From NCBI GenBank assembly GCA_964187785.1, contig OZ076417.1, positions 22,382,001 through 22,446,000 of the forward strand: a stretch of 64,000 nucleotides of DNA, written 5' to 3'. Source of the stretch: Amphiscolops sp. MND2022. Lineage: Eukaryota. Under the pieces are notes generated by a model that saw only the letters and a list, made by a program, of their open reading frames with translations, made no database searches and had not been told where the DNA came from. A program made the position numbers and the translations under genes. Shown here one piece after another: positions 36,300 through 49,159 of the stretch (positions are counted from its first letter, which is position 1; each line of letters begins with the position of its first letter).

Positions 36300-38190
36300 T
36301 TTTACAACAAATTCATCGTTTTCGTTGTCTGATACTTCAGGAACGGTAGTATCGCTCCCCCTACTTGAATTTTGATCGTCACGTCTTCCGTAGAAACTGG
36401 GAGGTTATTTTCATCAGAACGAAAGTTATAATTTCGCTCTAGCATGGTGGACCGAAAGTCCACATCGGTGAAACGTTGGTCTTGCTGTCCTGGAATATCG
36501 GCAGTATCGTGACTATGTTCTGCGTCATCTGGACGTACCGTAATCGACTCGTTTTTGTAATGTTCGGGGAATTCCCCAATTTTTGTCTCCCGAATAACGA
36601 CAAATACGTCATTTTGGGTATTCATGACTTCATGATCAGGTTGTGAATTTCCTTCTGGGTGATCATCATGAAGGACAGTATTTAGCTCGTACGTTCGAAG
36701 ACGTATTTTGTGTCTAGTTTGTGTAAGATATGTGTTTTCTTCGACTTTAATTTCGTGACTAAGTAATTTTCATTCGTTAAGACCTTTCCGATGAGAACCA
36801 ATCCATCTAATTTCGCAAAAGATATTTTTTATCCTTGATGGTCAGTTATAGGTTGTAACATGGGACAGTAGTCGTTTTGTTTCAAAAGTGCTGCTTTGAC
36901 TGACCGGTCAAAAATTGCTTTGTATTTCAATTTAGGTTGCATGATGTTATTCTTTGTGGAATCAATGAGAATTTTCACTCGTCTTTGAATTTCGTCAGCG
37001 AAATCTGTTGTCGGAAACACTTTTGGGTTAGGGTTGGGTCCTAATTTATGATTTAGTATGTAGTATGGTATTCGTCCGTGGACGATACGCGATGGCTCAC
37101 AGGCTAGAGTCCCATGATTGGTTGTGTTGTAATTGAGTACTGCTAGTAGCAAGTATTTATGCTACTGTCGCCGGTACTCTACCGATGCAATTTTGAGATT
37201 TGATTTTAGACTAGCTTAAATGCACTCTACCACTAGTTTATGGGTTTTTAGTCTTCACACATTTAATTTGTACTCCCAGGATTTGTGTGATTTTTGCAAT
37301 CAACTTTGACGCATAGGTTGTTATTAGTCAGTAATCAACGTTGTCGGCAATTGTGTTCTTGGTGATTGTATCAATAATTTCTTTTGTCGTATTCACAGCC
37401 GATGCTTTAGTGACTGGGTAGACAAAAATTATCTTTAAAAAACATCCAAAGCGGTGATAATTCATTCATTTCCTCCACTTGGGGTGAACTCGGTAACAGG
37501 TCTTTCTGCATAGCGTCCTCTGCTTCCAAATCCCATTCTGGTAAAATGAATAGGTCTGGCGAAATGGACGTATTAGAGATTCCTTTGTCTTCAATCCAGG
37601 CTTCGCACCCCTGCGCCCACTTGCTGGCAATTTTTGTTATGCTGGTGTAACAATATTCGCATCTAATTTCTTGCAGCATTTTTGAAATTGCTAGGTGTTT
37701 ATTCGCTTTTCCGTAGAGGGATTCAAGCAGATCAGACACTAAAAATTGTGGTATCAACACTTGGTTGTACGCAATATTTCCTGTTTCATCATAATTTTGT
37801 CTAGTTATAATTTCGTCGGTAACGGACAGCCGGTCGAATTGACGAGAGTACTGCTGATGTCGCGTGTTTTGTAGTAAGATTGTTTCTGATTATTCTTCTT
37901 TTTTAATTTTGAAATTAGGTTGTTGTAAGATGATATCGTTGATCTGCTCAAGGGCCATTGTGTTGGTGTTTGGAAGTTTTTGCCGGTTTGATACTTTGGT
38001 GTAGTTGTTGTTATGGGTACTAATTTTCTCAAAGGAGACATCTGGCAATTGATTTGTTGAGCTGTTCCTCGCTTCCTTTTTCCGTTGCCAGATCTGCTCT
38101 TCGGTTTCGTTGTCGTCGTTTGTATCGAAGATTTAGTCTTCCTCCGTGACTGCTGCCGATTGGACAAGTAGTTCAATAGGTGTTGTTAGG
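36300..38190 (-). mobile_element. pol: Ty3/Gypsy pol remnant (linker + integrase), a different subfamily from element 1
   Basis: YGKANKHLAISKMLQEIRCEYCY..GCEAW; YNTTNHGTLACEPSRIVHGRIPY; YKAIFDRSVKAALLKQNDYC. Confidence 0.9.
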
Positions 38191-38943
38191 ATATCTCAAT
38201 GTGACCAAGTAAAGTGAATACTTAGATGAAGACCAATGAGAGAATTGGAAGCATAGGACTTGAACCCATAGAAGTCAAATTGGAAGCCTTGAATGAGGCA
38301 ATGAGACAAACAAAAGTACGTCTATTTTGACAAACCTAAGATCAGAAACGAATGGTCAAGATAACAATCACCATTCATGATTCAAACATGGGTAGTTTAA
38401 TGGAGTTAAAAGTTATATTAAATCTTTAAACTAACTATATAAAACTTCTCTAACCTTCTGAACTGAGGGAGCAATAGCAACCTGGTAAATCTTGTTTACA
38501 AAAGTTCTTTAAACTGTGATGAACCCAAAGTCATAAGCTTTCATCCGGAGGACGCTTATCACTGTAACATTCTCAAAATTGTGTCGTCAGAACAACAATA
38601 TTCAAAATGCTATGCATTATCAACTTCCCTGGGTGTACTCGCAAACTATAGACAAGTCGTCTACGTCTCAAAATCAAAATTCACACCGTATTGCTACAAG
38701 AGTGTCACAGCTTACCTCTATGGATCTTGTTTTAGTTTGTTTTCAATTTAATCCTGTCCGACCGCGGAATGTGTCAGAAGTTTTTGCGAGAAATTAATTA
38801 AATCATGATTGACCTTTTAGGCAACCAGTGTCTTCCAATGGACAGTTTACTTATCAACCGGAACAAGAACAGCTGATGAAAAGAAAAAACAGCTCTAACA
38901 ATGAGCGAAAAATAATCTACTTGAACTTAAATTCCAAGCAATA

Positions 38944-39164
38944 CTAACGTGATTCAAAAATTAGGTCATCAGAAACTTTGACTTCGCAGAATGCCATATA
39001 ACGAGAGTACTGAGTGACTTTGATTTGATCACCCACAACCTGGGCGTTGCAGTTGAAAACAACCCATTTCCTACCCGTATTCGCAGTTGTCGGTTCTCCA
39101 CACAGGGTACAACCACCAGAAGACGTATAACAAACGAACACCGTAGTACCCTCTATGCTCGAGT
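38944..39164 (-). CDS. F-type lectin-like domain, C-terminal exon
   Basis: Acceptor GGGCACAG|AC; VFVCYTSSGGCTLCG..KWVVFNCNAQVVGDQIKVTQYSRYMAFCEVKV then stop. Confidence 0.85.
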
Positions 39165-39241
39165 CTGTGCCCGAAAATATCGGTGAAGTCAAAAACTTTC
39201 GAGGTTTTTTTTGATTTTTTTTTAAATCCCCAGAAACTCAC

Positions 39242-39566
39242 CATAACTGAGAAGCTTGACTTGAGTTACCCAAGACGTTGGAATGTACAATACAGCATTG
39301 TGCTGTATTGGGGAACTGTAGGTTGTAGTCCAAAAGCATGTGTCTGGTATGTCAGGCTCACATTCACTGGTGTATCCGTTGGTGAAAGAATACCCGTAAT
39401 ACCAATATCCATGAACGTTTTTGGACCAGGCGTATCCACTAGTGATGTAAATGTTTTCCGATGCAGAATCAATGCCAGACTTAGAACCAGCTGAAACACC
39501 ACCGGTCAGTTCGAATGATAAAGGTGTCAATTGACATACAACAGAGAGAACTCCATTTTCATGCAT
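39242..39566 (-). CDS. F-type lectin-like domain, N-terminal exon (5' boundary uncertain)
   Basis: Donor TAT G|GTGAGT; a 77-bp intron (39165-39241) joins LLSY-D-SSIEG in frame; TCFWTT..VLYIPTSWVTQVKLLSY. Confidence 0.8.
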
Positions 39567-40105
39567 TTATCGTCAACGTGAATAGTTCTTGAAGGCATTC
39601 GATAGGTAATTTCAGACAAGAATTTCAGTGCTATTGTGATAAAAAACAAGCTATTTGGTCGAAAACATACAAATCATTTGCAAAACTGTTGAAATGTATA
39701 AAGCTGAAACAAGAACCGGGTTAACTTTTATAATGAAAACGTGTAGATCAATATAAGACATATATGGTTGTGATTGAATGAAAACAGTCGAGACAAACGA
39801 TGACAAAACACGAATTAAAAAACAAACAACTTAAACAACGACAATAATCTGCTCTGGTTGTTCATGGTAATTGTGTTTTTCTTTTTGTTACTCTTCTATG
39901 AAAAATGATTCCCAAGAATTGCCTTTTAATGAAACACTTGTTTTCAGTATATGGTATAGTATTAGAATTACCGTTAAATAATAGAACTGGTTGTGGACTA
40001 TTACCGTCCATGCCGTTGAATGTTTTAACCAATTAAAAACCAAATTTTAATTACCTATTACTATCGCAAATACCAGTTTTCAGAATCTGGAGCTGATTTA
40101 TTTAC

Positions 40106-40321
40106 GATTCGTCTCTAATGCACAAATGCTCGAGCATTCAGAAAATGAGCCTGGCTGTAGCAAAAGAAAATTGTCAAAGCTCAGATCAAAATTAGTAAAA
40201 CGGTTTGGCAACATGTCCATAGTTCGCGTATCACGGATTAATCCGCTGTAAATATCTGAAAAACTCAAAATGGAATGAACCTCCAATTCCAACATCAGCG
40301 AATCCAAGGGATTTATCTGTA
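40106..40321 (-). CDS. Possible upstream exon with a PAN-like CSSIC motif
   Basis: TTTTCAG| acceptor and C|GTAAAT donor, both phase 1, enclosing an open frame ending SFSECSSICALETN. Confidence 0.4.
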
Positions 40322-41345
40322 CTGAAAATGGCTCTCGGTTGTTACATGAACACGAATCTTGAATTCAAAAATATTCAAATTCCAACGCGATATTGGCGCG
40401 CCCCGATAGGATGTAGCTGCGTAAACCTAAAAGGTTTGTGGAGCATGGGTTCTCAGAGCAATATTGCTACAAAGACGGTTACAAACTACTTCAATGGATG
40501 ACGAGGACGTTAAAAAATAGACCAGGTCATCTACGTAGAAAAATTACCCCCTTAAAATTGGACAGATTTAGAATCCTTAAGCCAGTGTCACTATGAGAAG
40601 TGACATGCCGTCATGTACAATATAACCGAAATCTTGGGTGATCGCTAGCCCCTGAATGGGAAAAGACAAGAAAAGTTATAGAGAAGGACAATAAAGAACC
40701 ATAGTCCCAAGCCTGTGGACTGTAGGGTCGCACTGACCTACGTCCCACAGTAGCTGTGAAGCGGCCAGCACTATAGCGCAACAATCATCCACTTCGGCAC
40801 AAACCACTCCGAATGAACCAACAACCTTGGATCTGGATACCATACTATCTGATGAAACTACTAACTTGGCTTCGGCGCTGTCCACAGACAGTCGAAGCAC
40901 AAGGCGAGAGTTCCCCGGAAGCGACCATCCCGCACCAACAGAAATGTCAGCTAGAAATGAAACGCCAGATGACGTCAATGAAACGCCTCGTCAAAGCCTA
41001 AACCGCAGAACGCATTGTCTATACTAGAAGATGAGAAACCCCAAGTGGCAGGGAAATCGAGCCACAACTACGCTGCGCCTTAAACGAAGGAATGCAGCTT
41101 GGCGAATCATGCTACTAAACATTCAACTATGTTGAGAGTTGGAGCCCAAAGCCCTTGACCAAGTTGATAGTATCTTAAACTTTCACAATGAGTGTGAAAA
41201 TATCAGTTATCGCTAAACTTACTGCTTCACAATCAGCAATTAGGATGAATTGCAATTTCAGTTACGGAGCTACACTTTTTTGGTGCTTTTGGTCACGTTT
41301 TTATTTGTGTTATTAGCTATAGTTGTACAATTCGGACAAATCAAC

Positions 41346-41915
41346 AAAAACAAGCCAGGAACGGCCCAAGTCGGCGTCATATCTAAGGCTCAAAAACAGC
41401 CAAAGAACTTCATAGTGCCAAGGTATTCACGTCTACAGTACCCGAAAAACCCAAAACTTGGACCGAATTGCCGCGCCAGGGGGGAGACTTTGAGATTTTT
41501 CATTCAATCTGTCGCAAATAATCAAAGAAACTTAAGGGGGATAATTTGGTTTAAAAATGAAAAAAAGTCTCACAATGCCAGAAAACCTGAAAGGGGGACC
41601 CTTTGGGATTTTTCAACATCCATTCTGTCGCAAAACTCAAAAAACTTGAAGAGGGGACCCATTGCGTAGAATTTTTTCCAAAAAACGTTCGCATAGTGCC
41701 TAAAAATGTTTGGCGGGGTGACCCTTTAATCTCCCCCGGTTTTGTATGTAGGCGGAACAAAAGGAAAAACCTTTTTGGTTCAGGTACAACTCGGCGCCCT
41801 AAAATTTTGCAGAACTTTTGATAAAATTAATTTGGTCACTTCAGATGATCGAAACAAAACACTGACGGAAAGCCATGACTATAAGCGACTCCTTTCTTGA
41901 AAAAAGCTTAAAAAT
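41346..41915 (-). mobile_element. HINE-like element, diverged copy
   Basis: AAAAACAAGCCAGGAACGGCCCAAGTCGGCG end; AGGGGGACCC core repeats; degenerate opposite end. Confidence 0.75.
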
Positions 41916-42315
41916 TGCCAATTAAAAAAATACTAACTTGTGAAGTTCCCGAGCTTCGGAAAAGAAATTCAAATTAAGTGTCATATCATGGCAACGGCCA
42001 CAATGAACCTTTTAACTTCATAAGGTCGCAACAAAACTCAGAAAATGAATCTTTCTGCTTGAAGAAGCCTCCCGTGCTTCTGTCTCATTTCTTACCGTCG
42101 TGCGAAGTCAATAATGCCGCAAATCATCGTACTTTTTTGATATCTTAGCGCGTGAACTATTTATTATTAGTTTCCAGCGATCTAAAATTTAAAGAGCTAC
42201 CTAAAAGGTGATCCTGAGAGCAATAGCAAGGTGCTCGTTCCTGATATCAAAGACAGACTGAAACAGGTCGGCAAGTGGTCCTTAGATGCGGATTTTCCTC
42301 CTGACGTGACATTTT

Positions 42316-43090
42316 TCACATCAGGAGGCTAATTTGGCTTATCGCTATGGGCGCCTGTCCCGAGAAAACACCCATATTATAAGTTACTCCATCTTCATAG
42401 ACGGAGAAGCGACGGTGACAGCTTGTCGTTACCCCAGCTCTGAAAATATTGTATGAACTACATGTCAGATAAACCCGGAAACTGAATCTTTCTATGGATA
42501 GATCTCTAGTATATCCTTCTATCATTTATATAGGCTTCTTCTAAACTTCTCTGAACAACTTAATTAGTGTAAAATTCTAACCACAGACATTGAGAATTGA
42601 AACAGCATTGATTTCTCTCTGCGAATCCAGTTGCAAATCAATCCAGTGCGGCGTCGGGTTGAGAGAAGATTGGAAGCATTGTCCATGTGTTACATAACGA
42701 CCCAGCGCATGGTCCCATAGGTTGTCAGGGTTAGACTGAGAACTGGCGGAAGAACTTGAGAAACCCAATGTTGGCTGTACCCAGCCTAGGAAACAATGCC
42801 AAAACGTTAGAGAGGTGAAATCACAGTTCATCTTTTAAAATCAAAAATTGTGCTATTTCGGATCCCAGGGCCTTACTTTCTCTGTTCCACTTGCAACACA
42901 TCAGACACAAAACTGAAAAAAAAACGGCGCAGTGGTATAGTGCGAAGTAATAAATTTTTGATATAAAAACTCGTAAAAATGGCAAACTGTCGACTTTTCA
43001 GAGATTTGAAGAAAGCCACACACACTGCCAGAAAAAAACAGTAAACTAATCTTGCACTTGGGGCATGGTTGCTTTCTACATCTGAGATAA
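42316..43090 (-). CDS. PAN-like + F-type lectin-like gene or pseudogene (exons about 42873-43090, 42582-42785, about 42316-42518)
   Basis: Middle exon TTTCCTAG|GC...G|GTTAGA encodes SASSQ..GQCFQSSLNPTPHWIDLQLDSQREINAVSILN. Upstream VCGFLQISEKSTVCHFY needs a frameshift in a T-run. Downstream ERFSFRVY..TSC..APIAISQI. Confidence 0.6.
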
Positions 43091-44502
43091 AGCTCAATGA
43101 AAAGGACACAGTCAAATTACGGACAAGCTCCCCTTTTCGTTAATTTTTTTTCTCACAGTGCTAAAACGATAACCACAGATGAAACTTTTGCCTCTTGTAG
43201 TTCAGTATAGTTTTGAACAATGTTCAAAAAAATTAGAGAACAAACTACTGATACCGCTCGACCCTCTTCGTAACGGAGTACGGGGAAGGCAACCATTTTT
43301 TATCACGCCTTCATCAAATCAAAACAACGACACCTCAGTTCAACCAGAACTCATTTCCGTAAAATAATACCCTCCACGGAAAAAAAATGAACTCATTCCA
43401 AGTAATTATGGGAAAATTACTATTTGATACAAAATTATTGAATTTGAAGAAAAAGAAGACGAAATTAAAAGTGGTGGTTTTTTTATTGATACAAGGTGTC
43501 GTCAGTTAGTGAGAGAGGGAGAGAGAGAGAAGTTAATTTCCCCATTACCGAGGGGTGGACGCCGAATAAGTGACTTGCTCGTGGTCACAAAGGTCTGACT
43601 GCTCACCGTTGCTCTTTTTATTTTGCTTTTCTCCGCCGAATGCGTTATTTTTTGTCAATGACCATACCACTAAGCTAGGGACGAAGGACTTGCTTAGGGA
43701 CCAACATTGGTGAGTTGAGATAGATTCGAAACTGATACCGCCCCAATACAGGCCGAATGCTCTAAGCACTACACTATGCTCCCCATTTACACCATGATCC
43801 CTATTGAAGGGGGAAACGAATGATTGTATTATTTTATTCAAAAAATCTATTGAACTGAACATCAGAGCCCAATAATGCACTATGAAGATTATGATTGATT
43901 CTCAGTCCTCAGTTTTTTTTTTGCTAGGAATATCAGAACAATTGAAATTGAGCTACTTGCACAAACCATACTTTATTGTTCCAATGGATCTACTGAAAAC
44001 AAAGACAAAACCTAAGATCCAATCCTTAACAACCAGCTAACTATATGTAACAAAAGTCGGGGGAAAGGTGTTGGGTTTATGAGAGTTTAATGAAATTGCA
44101 GATATACAAGATACTCATGAAAACAAATTAGGACTTTTGAAATTTGAACAAGCATTCAGAGAAATAGAGCATTTGACTGACGTTGGTACTTCAAGCATGA
44201 ACAATTTGGGCTAGACAAGGAAGTCAAAAAGTATCGAGGTGAGACTTGGTACTAACTGAAACTCGTAACAGTGAACAAAACTAAACGGTCAGCTTCAATT
44301 TCTTGAAGCACTTTCATCAACGAAACAAGCACTGTTTCAATTGAGCGAGCGTTAAGTTCTTTCAAACTTTTACGTAACAATTTTACAATGGCTTGGATGT
44401 TACAATGTTTTTCAACGAGCGATGTTTTTTACATTCTTCACTGGTAAGAACAGGTATGTTTTGTCGTTTGAAATGTGTTGACGAAATGTGTAGGACACTT
44501 AC

Positions 44503-44712
44503 TGCAGGTAGACTGACAGCACATTGCTTGGCAGTTAGGAAAATAGTTGTCGCCTCCGGAACTGAGAAAAAATTCTTCGATGCAGAAGTTGGTTTCACCC
44601 AAGGTTGCGATCATGTAACCAGGATCACAGGCACAAGAATCTGTGTCACAAAGTTTGATGGGCTGATTTGTACCATATTCACTCACTTCCAATGTCTGCA
44701 GTTCAGCTGGCA
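44503..44712 (-). CDS. Exon of the EGF-repeat gene (EGF-like tail, possibly the start of a C-type-lectin-like domain)
   Basis: TTCTAG|TG acceptor and TGC A|GTAAGT donor, both phase 1; CDTDSCACDPGYM..NFCIEE..NCQAMCCQSTC. Confidence 0.75.
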
Positions 44713-44885
44713 CTAGAACAGTTTCCTGTTAAACCATTTCAAATCGACTTTTCCTAGCTTCCGTTAGATGCCGATGTTACGTTTCATTTGTTCGTGCACA
44801 AACACTTCAGTTTCAAAAATGTGAAAAATCTGGAAACCGTTGTTGAAAAGAAACAAACATACTGGATTCGTCTACAGTCACTTAC

Positions 44886-45624
44886 CGCAGATATAGGAGC
44901 CATTGAAATTCACACAGAAGAAGTTTGGCTGAGTTTCGCATTCGAATGTACCAACGTCGCATTCATCAACATCAGTGCATTCGCCTGTGGTGTCACTTCT
45001 GACGTAGCCATTTATGCAACTGCATTCAAATGTTCCAAGTACATTGTTGAAATGAATCCAGTTCCCCTTTACAAGTCCAAATACATTCGTTTATGTCATA
45101 ACAAACGCCTCCATCCCTCTCAAAACCAAGCATGCAAATGCAATCAAAACTTCCAATAACATTTTCACACATTTCATAGTTATTCGCACATAACGAAGAA
45201 TCAGTCGCACATTCATCAATGTCTGTGCATTGTTCCGACGGTAATGACCGTTGATAACCGTCAACACATGTACATTCAAAATTTCCGATTTTATTCACAC
45301 ATTTGTCGTGTTCCATCAAACAAGTGTCGCTGCACTCATCAATGTCCTCGCATTCCATGTCGTCACTCGACCTATAAAAACCTATGACGCAATCACATTC
45401 GAAGCTCCCGAGTGTGTTTCGACATTGCTCGCTTGCTCCTGGGCAAGGGTCAGTTTCTAGTTTGCATTCATCGACATCTTCGCAGCCTATGAGACCTCGA
45501 ATTGGATCGGGTGTTCTCAGGAATCCAGTGAAACAGGAACAGTCGAAGCCGTGGTTGGCTTTATTCAAGCAGAGTCCAGCGTTTTGGCCACACGGGTTGT
45601 GCTGGGCCCGGCATTCGTTGACAT
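44886..45624 (-). CDS. Exon with about six tandem calcium-binding EGF repeats (fibrillin/fibulin-like); frameshift at about 45040
   Basis: TTTTTAG|AT GTC AAC GAA TGC acceptor; repeated D(V/I)DEC..C.N..GSFEC.C..G(F/Y); donor TGC G|GTAAGT. Confidence 0.9.
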
Positions 45625-45949
45625 CTAAAAAGTCAACTTAACGAAGGAATGAAATTAACTAGTAGACAAAACTTTTTCGCGTATTGGCACAAGACCATAG
45701 TTGGAGCGGTTTAGAACCTGAAAAAAAATATTTTCATTCTTCGATAACTTGTGAGTTCAATTCGATCTCACGGAAAACATTTCCTCCAACGGAAGACAAA
45801 CAGAGTAATGGCTCAAAGAATTATTGACTAGGCTACGATGTTTTCTGTCTGATTTTTCATTGTTCACTTTTTGTCTGGATTCTATAGTCTATTTTCATAA
45901 GAGCAATTTCATTTTCGCGAGAACAAACTATATTTCATGGGACCAATAT

Positions 45950-46349
45950 AAACAAGCCGGGAACGGCCCAAGTCGGCGCCATATCTAAGGCTCAAAAATA
46001 GCAGAAGGACTTCAAAATGTCAAAGTATTGGTGAATTGGGGACCCTTTTAAGAAAAAACAACAAAAGCTCTCAAAAAACTAAAAATTGAGAAAAAAATTT
46101 TTTTTGAAATTTTTTTTCGAAGTTTCCGGTATCGCATAGTGCCAAAAAATGTAAAAGGGGGGACGCTTTTTACCTCATGTTTGACGCTTTGGATGCGTTG
46201 AAAATGAAGTACTAAGTACATATGGTAAAAGTTGGTAAATGTGCATTAATTGGATTAATGCACAAAAAGTGGACGTACGCGTTGAACTGACGAAAAAAAA
46301 ACTAGCCACTGTAAGAGTCGGGATTTTCTTCGAAAACGCCGACTAAAAA
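45950..46349 (-). mobile_element. Complete HINE-like element
   Basis: Both ends present: AAACAAG-GCCG GGAA CGGC hairpin-AGTCGGCG and AGTCGGG...CGCCGACTAAAAA. Confidence 0.8.
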
Positions 46350-46375
46350 TACCTTAATTCCGTGCAACTGCTCTT

Positions 46376-46870
46376 CTAGACTTTTTTAACTGAGTTGTAT
46401 AATCGGGCAAAATCATCGTCATAAACAAGTTGACATACTTCCAAATGCCTCGCATCCAAGTTAGAAAACAAGCTGCATCCAAAATTGAACCATATCGTAC
46501 CTGACTTGGCGATCTGGGCTCCCAACTTCTCACACTCATTGAGACTTTTCGAGAACAACGAACAAGATTTGTTGCTCAGAGCTTTCAGATCCTGAGTATG
46601 CTCTGGTTCCAAATCCAAACCACAGAACCTCAACTCTTCGCAGTAAACTGCCGACATCTCTGGGATATTAGAAGAAGATAATTTGCGTAGGCAGTCATTT
46701 TCATTTATGCCCATTTCTTGAATAAAAGATATTTGAGCAGAGTGTTGTGGTGTTATTTTGACATCACATTTCACAAGATAACAATCCACTCCATTTTTAC
46801 TGAAGGTTTCAATTTCTGGAATCAAAACTACGATGGAGAGTATGTTGAAAGCTACTAAATAAAATAACAT
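46376..46870 (-). CDS. Signal-peptide exon of a Cys-rich secreted protein, probably the 5' exon of the EGF gene
   Basis: 164-aa ORF; MLFYLVAFNILSIVVLIP leader; NDCLRK..SAVYCEELRFC PAN-like spacing. Splice connection to 45624 not resolved. Confidence 0.65.
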   Translation of the reverse strand: MLFYLVAFNILSIVVLIPEIETFSKNGVDCYLVKCDVKITPQHSAQISFIQEMGINENDCLRKLSSSNIPEMSAVYCEELRFCGLDLEPEHTQDLKALSNKSCSLFSKSLNECEKLGAQIAKSGTIWFNFGCSLFSNLDARHLEVCQLVYDDDFARLYNSVKKV

Positions 46871-47599
46871 TTTCTGGTCAATTCTACTGTTGCAGGATGA
46901 GAAATACTAATCTTGGTTTTCTGGAAAAGATAGGCATGAAAACTGGGGACTTTCAAGGACTTTTGAGCGCGATGGTTGAAAAACAATTTGCAAGAATCTT
47001 TTTACTTTTTGCAAGATAATGCATTTTCTTTGACTAGTTGAAAAAATACTGTCAAGTCTTACTATACACTCTTAGTAGCCCAAGCATTTCTTGTAAGGTC
47101 TTTCAAGTAATATGGTAATCCACAGATCTTGCAAAATCCTTGCAAGCATTGCAATTTTTCAACCAGGTCGTTCATTTAAAACACTATTGTGCTTTCTATA
47201 TTTTTTCAGCTGGTTATTCAATCGGTAGTTGGTGTTTGAGGAGAAAGGTAAAATTGTCCATATTCAGAGAACAAAGTCCTGTTTAAATCGGATTCTTATT
47301 AAATCTTTCGTTAATTTATTCCGGACTGTGAACACGAACCAGGCAAAATGGTTGTCCCGGACGGTAATTGAAGCAAAACATATTTTTGTCAGAAGTTGCT
47401 TTGTTTTTAACACGTATTTAGACTTTCGTAATATAGTATCCAAGTTTGTCGGAAAATTGCTCAGTGAAAATTAAAATTGCATGACATTTGGATTTGTTTA
47501 ACGTAGAAATACAGGAAGAATACAGCAAGAAAAATGATTTTCCGGATTTTGACATCCAGATGAGCCAGATGTGGGAAAGTTGAGAATAAATCAATATCA

Positions 47600-48500
47600 C
47601 AACAACAATGCTTACGCTTGTTTCGTGTGCAGGTTTTGGAGATGACAGGTAACGATTCACAGCCAAACTTTTGCGCTGAAATTTACGAAGCTTTAATGAG
47701 TATAAAGATCTTTTGTTCAGCTCGAGGACCCGACAGTTGCTTTGTTTTTTCAATGACGAAATCAGCAGTATTTTGTGGATGGTCAGTATGATAAGTATTG
47801 TTTATTCCTTCGTGTCCTCGAGAATCTAACTCTGGAGGTAACTTGTTCAAAAACTTCCAAAAATTTAAGAAAAAACATATCCGTGATATGAGAAACAAAA
47901 GGTTTATTGTGAGTGGTGCTTTCGTCTGCTGCAGGATACATTTAGCTGGACTGTGCATTAAAAATTGCGGAAACAAAGCACCTTCGAAATGCTGAACGAA
48001 GGAACTTCATACATTTTTGTATTCTCTGAGCTTGCCACTTTTAAATCCTCTAATTGGTTTAAAATAATTTTCGTCCTTTTGAAAATTACAATGACTAACT
48101 GATATCTACCTGAACTTTGTTTGTGGTTAGGGCAAAGTTTTCCAAGAAAGCAAGCAAGCCTAAAACCCCTGATTTCTGAAATTATTGAAAAAAATGACTT
48201 TTCCGTGGAAGTTTTACAGCTTTACAGGGAAAAATAAATAGAAGCTTCAAATCTTTTCTTCGATGTGAACATCCACAAAAATTACACATGATCGGTGTGT
48301 ATAAATAAACTAAGTGACAATGAAAACTTAAGTCGACAAATAAAACCAATGAACATGTGAAAAGATTCAAGTACACCTCGTCGGCTCCGATCATTTCGAA
48401 CATAAATCTCTTCGGAGTATATCGAGAAAAAACACAAAAGATAAATTTCAGCAAGATATTGAAAGGTTTCGAAAGCATCTTATCAAAAATTTTGACATTG
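47600..48500 (+). pseudogene. Possible decayed protein kinase (TKL-like)
   Basis: In order across stops and frameshifts: CAGFGD, TAKLL, QLLCFF..LWMV, SGGNLF, FKSSN..LKI, NFSKIL. Confidence 0.35.
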
Positions 48501-49159
48501 AAAAAAAAACAGCACAATCTGGGTTCGAGTAAGGCTCGTTCTCAAAAAAGTCATACCATGTCCGTGTGAAAGCAATCAATTGTCAATATGGAGGTTACGA
48601 AGTACCGATGTTTTTGGCTTTATGTGGTCTGTTAGATGGAAAGACAGCAAACTACTATTACCGAGATTCAACAAAAAGACGATTGTTGTTGAATGAACAG
48701 AAACAGCAGTAAAGTAAAACTTTTTGGCAAAATTACTTTTTAAAGAGTTTTTAACAACGTACTATCACGTATGCCGTTATTGGAATCACCTTGGTCGCCA
48801 CCATAAAAAACTCGCAGTCTGGCGTCCCGGGTTTCCCGATCATATCGATTATAATCTGACCATATTATGGCACCACACAAATCATACAATTTTCCTTACT
48901 ATAATCTTGCCATGATCAGCCTGGAATCATAAGTTTTTCTTCCAAACGCGGGTTGACGTGACATGCAACCCAAACAAAAATTTTCAAATATTGAGAACAG
49001 CCAGCTTTATAGGCTGAGGGCAATAGAGCCACATTCAACCTTTTGTATCTGCGAACGATACATTGCAGGTCAGAACTCCGTTAAGCTCTAAGTGGAGTTA
49101 AAGACAAACTAGTCACTCAATTTGTTCTCAGCCACTCCTTAGTTAATAATTAACTCTTT

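Noticed and set aside
40676-41100. Ser/Thr-rich ORFs resembling a Gypsy post-integrase tail
   Set aside because: Low complexity with no diagnostic motif; left unassigned.
48790-48805. Minus-strand PBS-like TGGCGACCA
   Set aside because: Only 9 nt match and no LTR end adjacent.
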